The notes under the pieces are model-generated. The model was not told the DNA's origin and did no database searches. It saw only the letters and a list, made by a program, of their open reading frames with translations. A DNA stretch of 61,815 bases, taken from Octopus sinensis (Eukaryota). The position numbers and the translations under genes were made by a program. The DNA is taken from contig NW_021832246.1 in assembly GCF_006345805.1 (NCBI RefSeq), positions 1-61,815 of the forward strand, in the 5' to 3' direction. Within the stretch, counting starts at the first letter, position 1, and every line of letters begins with the position of its first letter. Below, in pieces: positions 55,481 to 61,815 of the stretch.

Positions 55481-56194
55481 TCTGAATAGATCTGAAATCA
55501 CTAAATGCCATAAAAGAAGGCAAATGCGCTACTTATCTGCATAATATACTGACGGTTTGAAGAAAATATTAATCATATTTTTTTGAGAGTCCAGTGTTAG
55601 CAAAATAGAAACGTATGACAGAGTTGTCGCTTTGAAACACTGGGAATTATGCCAGGACTATAGATTAGCAACAAAGAAAAAAGGCTGAATGGACACACAG
55701 AGAAAAATATGTCAGAGAACGACTTTTCCCTCGGATATGCAAATATAACCACATAGGAAAACCGACAATAGAATTAAGCCGAACATGGGGATTGAAAACG
55801 GCAATAACCTCTATAATAAAAGGTGTCTTGGGAATGAATATAAAAAAAAAACAAGAACACAAAAAAAAGATAAACGTTAGTTACACACTGAGTCAACGTA
55901 TAACAAATAGCTTTGCAAGGAATTGCAGACATGTTATTAAATCAATAGAAGAGAAAATCCAAATCTAAAAGACAACCGGATGCAAAAACGAAAACAACCG
56001 CAAAAAATGGGATTGGTAATTTAAAGGTGAAAGAATTCCATAAACAAGTCTACTAAGAGAATAGCAAAAAAAAAAAAAAATCAGAAACAATAATTATCAT
56101 TATTATTATTATTATTGTTGTTGTTGTTGTAGTAGTAGTAGTAGTAGTCACTTTTATTGTTATTATTATTGTTGCTGCTATTATTATTATTATT

Positions 56195-56465
56195 ATCGAG
56201 TGAGAGAGCAGTACATGCCATCAAAGTGACACTGGGGTAAAATATACGAAGCCCAATATACCCATCATGACTACCCGTCTGATAAGGGTACACCAGGCAC
56301 ATGCATCACAACCATATGTGCGCGACATGGTGATCTCATATCAAGATAAACAGCACATGACATTGCAGGTGGGGCCCAGTTAGAATTTTCTCCAGGTTGA
56401 GTAGCCCATCCCGCTCAAAAGGTCCCTGAATAAGGGTTGTTTAAGGATGTTGAAAGAACCACCCA

Positions 56466-56466
<1 letters not shown>
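56195..56466. mobile_element. GC-richer SINE/LINE-tail-like insert within (TTA)n
   Basis: Sharp boundaries against TTA repeats on both sides; no second copy in the window, family unassigned. Confidence 0.5.
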
Positions 56467-56504
<38 letters not shown>

Positions 56505-56506
<2 letters not shown>

Positions 56507-57772
56507 CTTCGTAACAAAGTGCAGGTAAAAAGGCACCGGAGTCTTTAGTCATCTATCAAGTCACAACATCGACCTCAGGCAGATAATACTTTCCTTAAGA
56601 TGTGCGCTGTGCCCAATAAGGCTGCTTTTTGCAAGACATCAATCTTGCATGGGATTTCCAGTTGCCTTAAGAAGTTTTGAAGTTTCAATTGGAGTGAGCG
56701 CAACACTCCGATAACCACTGGCATCATTTTTACATTACCCTATCGCATTTCATACAGTCTTGCCATTTCCACTTTCAATTCAGAGTACTTGGTGATTTTT
56801 TCAACCGCTTTGCTCACAACATTTATGTCATTTGGTATGGCTACATCAGTGTATTTTTCTGTTTTATTCAATGTGAGAATATCAGTGTATTTTTATTTTT
56901 TATTCAATATGAGAATATCAGGCCGACGGTGTTCGATTACACGATCTGTCTGAAAATCATAGTCCCAGAGTATCGTTACTTTTCCATCCTCCTGCATAAC
57001 TTTAATTGGTACATGTTCTCTATTACTTCATATTGTTATTTATGGTGTAAGAGCCAATGAAGATTCACACACACACTTTATCGTGGCGGCGCTTGCATTC
57101 TTATTGTTCAATGCTCTCTCATCCACTTACCAAGTGGGCCATATTTCCACACTCTTTCCACAGAGTCTGCATTTCTGGGTGTCAGAAGTTTTAAGGACAT
57201 TATACTTCACTGAATTGGTACTGAGAGCCTGGTCTTGTGCAGCAATGATCATGCTTTCGGTGATACGCTTCAAAATCACCTCGCACAAGCCATGCCACCT
57301 ATGCTGTATTATCCTTAGCGTCCTGTTTACTCCTTTCAAACTGTCTATGCATTCTCATTCCAAGAAGGTCTTTTTTTCTCTTCTCCTCAGCTCTTTGGTT
57401 AAACTATTCCTTGCCCATCATTTCATCTGCATTTACACCTACATCTTTCGCGGCATATTGCAACAGGACTCCATCACTATTTATCAAATACTCAGCAAGC
57501 ATTCTTCTTTCTCTCCTTATACAATGGTCTCTGCTAATTAGTCTTCTGCCACCATTCTTTCTTTTCTTATACAGTCTGTTTACGTTTGCTTCAGGGTGTA
57601 GCGTTCCACGCAGCGTCATCAAATTTCTCCTCTTATCCAGTGTAGATATTTCTTCCTTAGTCCATTTGAGGATGGATGCACTATATCTGATAACCGCAAC
57701 TGCCCAGATATTCATTCAGATAATCATATTTTGGGCATTTAGGTTGGATTTCAACACCGTCTTCATCCTTTT

Positions 57773-57775
<3 letters not shown>
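56505..57775 (-). mobile_element. 5'-truncated Dong/R4-type RLE LINE in (TAA)n
   Basis: WAVAVIRYSA..LKWT, AAQDQAL.T, CRLCGKSVE, RPDIL, DVAIP.D, KY.EL..E and LQKAALLGTAHILRKVL motifs occur in order; (TTA)n on both sides. Confidence 0.9.
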
Positions 57776-57820
<45 letters not shown>

Positions 57821-58320
57821 TATTATTATTATTATTATTATTATTATCATCATCATCATTATTATTATTATTATTATTATAAAATGACTACCAAGTGTAC
57901 ACCATTATAGGTAATATATAAACAAAATTCTATAGCGTATTATAATGCCACTTGCAATAAACAGAGCCATCGCTTTAAAACTACAAATCACTATTAAAAT
58001 ACAAACGCCTAATGCAATAAACATAACTGAAATAGGTCTGTAACGAATGCGTATATTCCGGGATCAATGGATTTCGCTTTCTGTATGAAAAATCACACTT
58101 AAGCTCGTCAGTCGGATCTAACGCTACAACAACTATTTCTGAAATATTCATCACATTATACAGAGTGCGTTCTTACATATGAATGCTCCCACGGCATTCA
58201 AAATGAATGTATATACTGTTCAACTAGCGCGGTGATACCATTCACAAGCTAAGACGATCCAAAGCGCATTGTGATCGGTGATGTATAACAACGTCAGTCT
58301 GGTCGATAAGTGATATATAT

Positions 58321-58367
<47 letters not shown>

Positions 58368-58375
58368 TATATATA

Positions 58376-58565
58376 TTCGCCATGATAGATCGCTAGCCAC
58401 TAAACCTTTCTCTAGTTTTTCTCCGTGTTTATTTCTGTGTTCCTTTCTGTCGAAGAGCGTAGGCTCGAAACGTTAAAGACTTTCTCACTTCCCGAGCGTT
58501 AAACTAATACATCGTTTGTTGTTCACACACCCGTCTTTGTCTTTTGTTTTTGTAAATTCTCACCA
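58376..58565 (+). mobile_element. Penelope-like repeat with minimal hammerhead variant (58443-58478)
   Basis: CTTT-CTGTCGA-A-GAGC-GTAG-GCTC-GAAACGTT-AAAG; flanked by (TA)n. Confidence 0.55.
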
Positions 58566-58578
58566 TATATATACATAC

Positions 58579-58656
<78 letters not shown>

Positions 58657-59299
58657 GTGTGTGTAATACAAAATGGGACAATAACGCAAAATATTCGGAC
58701 AGTTAGGTGATACAAAAATGGGACAACAAAACATCAAGATAGACGATACAAAGAAAACAAGGACTGGTCATTCGAAGTTTTCTTTCCTCAGTCGAGTACC
58801 AGATTATCTTCGCAATTTCAGCTGAATATACTCGAGATTGCTCCAATCTGGCCTGCCCTCAAGGAAAAACTAAGCTAAGAACATTAGATTCCTTGGAAGA
58901 AAGCAGCGGACGGAAAAAACGGACAATGTTACACAAATGCAATAAAAATAATAACAGGACATAACAACAGGTATCTTTCGACTAAGGACGAATTAAATTA
59001 AGCGGCGTGTGTGGAAATGAAGCCTTACGGCAGGGATACAAGTTTTCACAGACACAGATATATATATATATATATATATAATATATATATGTTTTATATA
59101 TACCTACATGTGAGTTTCCGTTCGTGTTTGTCCCCACGACCAGTGTTGCATTGCTTACATTCGTTAACCTAGCGGATTTGTAAAAATAAAGCCCGTAGAT
59201 CAAATAGTACTGTCATAAATTTATTGGGCTGAAACCCTTCAAAGCGGTGACTTGATATGGCTGCAGTGCAAGGACAGAGAGAAGCAGAAATAATCTTAG

Positions 59300-59410
59300 A
59301 AAAGACGTTGTCATTCCTTGAAGAAAGATCATTGCTGACAAAGAAGTTGAAAATATTTTGAAGTATGATGATTTGAAAGCAGAGATAGGGCGGATGTACA
59401 GAAGCAAAGG
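59300..59410 (+). pseudogene. RLE endonuclease fragment
   Basis: DVVIP*RKIIADKEVENILKYDDLKAEIGRMY. Confidence 0.7.
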
Positions 59411-59652
59411 TGGGCAGTTCTGACGATCAACCTCGAAGAATTTTGATTCAATTTCCGCCAAATTCATCATATCACGTGGAACGGGTGGTCATTAAGATTG
59501 ACAAATGTTGCGTCCTTAGACCAGCTCGGTTCATGTCCTCTGAAAAGGGACTTCCTGTCATCTACCTTTTTTCTTAAAGCATCACGTATAATATGAAGAA
59601 ATTAAAAGGAAGTATTCTAAATTCAAGAATTCATTCTGTAAAATATGAAATA

Positions 59653-59902
59653 TAATGATGACGATGATGATTGTGGTGGTGGTAATAATAATAATGATGA
59701 TGATGACGGTGGTGATGTTGATGATGCTGTTGCTGGTGGTGGTGGTGGTGGTGGTGGTTGTAATCATGATGATGTTGATGTTGATGATGATGACCATCCC
59801 CATCATAACGACGACGACGACGACGATGATGATGATGATGATAATGATGATGAGGAGGATGAGGACAATGATAATGATGGTCATGAGGATGATGACGACG
59901 AT
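59653..59902. repeat. Degenerate (GAT/GGT/GAC)n tract
   Basis: Direct reading. Confidence 0.95.
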
Positions 59903-60239
59903 AGCAAAATATTTATTAATGTTTAGAAATTGATAATATTTCAAAGCAATTCCGTATTGAAAATTGAAAAAAAAGAAAAGAAAAACTTAAATAAGATAAA
60001 ACAGAAAAAAAAAATATATATATATACACGAAATGTTGTAGAAAGAATTTGTAAGTTGAATTAATGAAAGATAAATATAATTAGACAGGAAGAGCCTACG
60101 CGTATATGTATGTATGCGTGTTGTGTATGGTACATGTGTGTGTATGTATGTGTATACATGTATGTGTGCAAATGCATGTACAATACATACAAACAGAAAT
60201 ACATATATACATATATACATACTTACAAATATATATATA

Positions 60240-60278
<39 letters not shown>

Positions 60279-61201
60279 TATATATATGTATGGGTATACA
60301 TATGTGTATGTATGTATGAATATATACGTATATATGCATGTACGTCTATATATACGTATATATGCATGTATGCATATATGCATGTATGTATTATGAGTGG
60401 AGAGAGAGAGGGGGAGTGAAAGGGAGAGATAGAGATAGATAGATAGAGAGAGAAAGACAGAGAGAAGTATAGGAATTGATACAACGGCCTAAATTCCTTC
60501 AAAACTATGACTCAGCTTGAATGAGACCGCTAAAAGATTATACGCATATATATGTGTATATGTTTATATACTCGTGTATATACGTATGGTTTTGTGTGTG
60601 TGAAAGAGGTGTACATGCGTGCGCATATCGGTACTTATGCGTCTGAATGAGCATCCGTTTGTGTGCGTGTGATTTATTAAAACAGCTTGTTGCTGCGCTA
60701 TCTTCTTTCCTTTTTTAAATCTACAACATAATAACAGAGTGACAATAAAGTCTCTTGGTAATTACTAACGCTTCTTTAAAGAATAGGAGAGATAATTTGA
60801 ACGAATATATTATTAATCCCTAAAAATTAATTGGCATGTTAGAAGAAACTTTTGTTCTTCGTTTTCTGATAGTTATAGCTATGGGCACAAGTATCAGTAT
60901 TTACTGGTCATCGTCAGTATAATAAAGTCGATTTATAGTACAGTTTAAGCGAGTGTATTTTGACTGAGTGCAAGGCGTTTCGTATAGAAAAGGATTTGTA
61001 GTTAATGGTACTTGCTTTAAATAGTACAATTAAAGATTGCAGTAACTGGGAACAATGACTGGAATAGAACATTCGCAAATTCAGCTAAATCGTTATATGA
61101 TGAGAAACGTACATGAACATAAGGAGTTTTCAAAATTATTTGAAGACAAAGAGCAAAAAATACATACACAAAAATAAATACATACACAGACACACAGACA
61201 C

Positions 61202-61237
<36 letters not shown>

Positions 61238-61815
61238 GCGTGCACACACACACAAACGTTCAAAACCTGCATACACGTGCGTACGGCAGATACCCAGACA
61301 AAATGCACTGAGGTGTATGCAAGCGCAGCCACTCTGCTACAAAACGGTGCGTGGGCGTTTATAAGGGCGTTGACCTAAATAAAGGGGTAGCAAGTTCCCT
61401 TCGTCACAATGTGATGCAGGTGCTGTGTTTAATCAAACTGAACAGTGGCCTAACCGAGTGCATTTCATGATTTTAATTTCGAGAATGTTTATATACTGAT
61501 AGAGCACAGAAAGTGTGTCAATACCCAGCTGGAGGAGGTGTTCTCCTGGGACTACAAGCTACAGTAGCATTCACCCTTATATATTCACATATATATGCAT
61601 ACATGTATACACGACAAACAACTCTTGACAAAGGTCTTTTAATATAGTGTTTGAAACGAAAAGGAAAGTGTCATCAATGTTTTGGAAGTTAGCCTTTCAC
61701 CAGACGAAAGAAAATAAGAGAAAGTTGGTGGAATGAGAAGAAAAATTGTTTGGGATCGGGTGGAAATACCTTTCAATGGGGAGGGCTGAGGAAGAGCGGA
61801 AGAGATGAGATGGTT

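Overview
Eukaryotic, very AT-rich, microsatellite-saturated non-coding DNA. The repeat complement looks most like a coleoid cephalopod (octopus-type) genome; this is my inference, not a search result. No intact host protein-coding gene is recognisable, and almost all ORFs in the supplied track are translations of simple repeats. The window is a mosaic of tRNA-derived SINEs (at least three families), Dong/R4-type RLE LINE fragments sitting in (TAA)n, a Tx1/L1-type 3' fragment sitting in (ATCT)n, CR1-like RT remnants, Penelope-like remnants, Tc1/mariner and Tigger-like DNA transposon relics, a Helitron and a Helentron-type element. There are two main discoveries. (1) Two independent copies (864-3170 and 44555-46772) of a ~2.3-kb ORF1-only retroelement (RRM-like + CCHC knuckle, no reverse transcriptase) are inserted at the identical nucleotide of the same SINE's tRNA-like head with the same 12-bp target-site duplication AAGTAGCTTGCT. 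This points to a SINE-targeting, non-autonomous Tx1/HAL1-like parasite. (2) About nine type I hammerhead-ribozyme-like motifs with palindromic stem III lie in (TA)n-flanked Penelope-like repeats; two of them (33211-33294 and 41260-41375) have an apparently intact catalytic core. A 52-aa candidate small ORF (53907-54065, minus strand) is the best host-gene candidate. Coordinates were read by eye, and ends of degenerate repeats are approximate.
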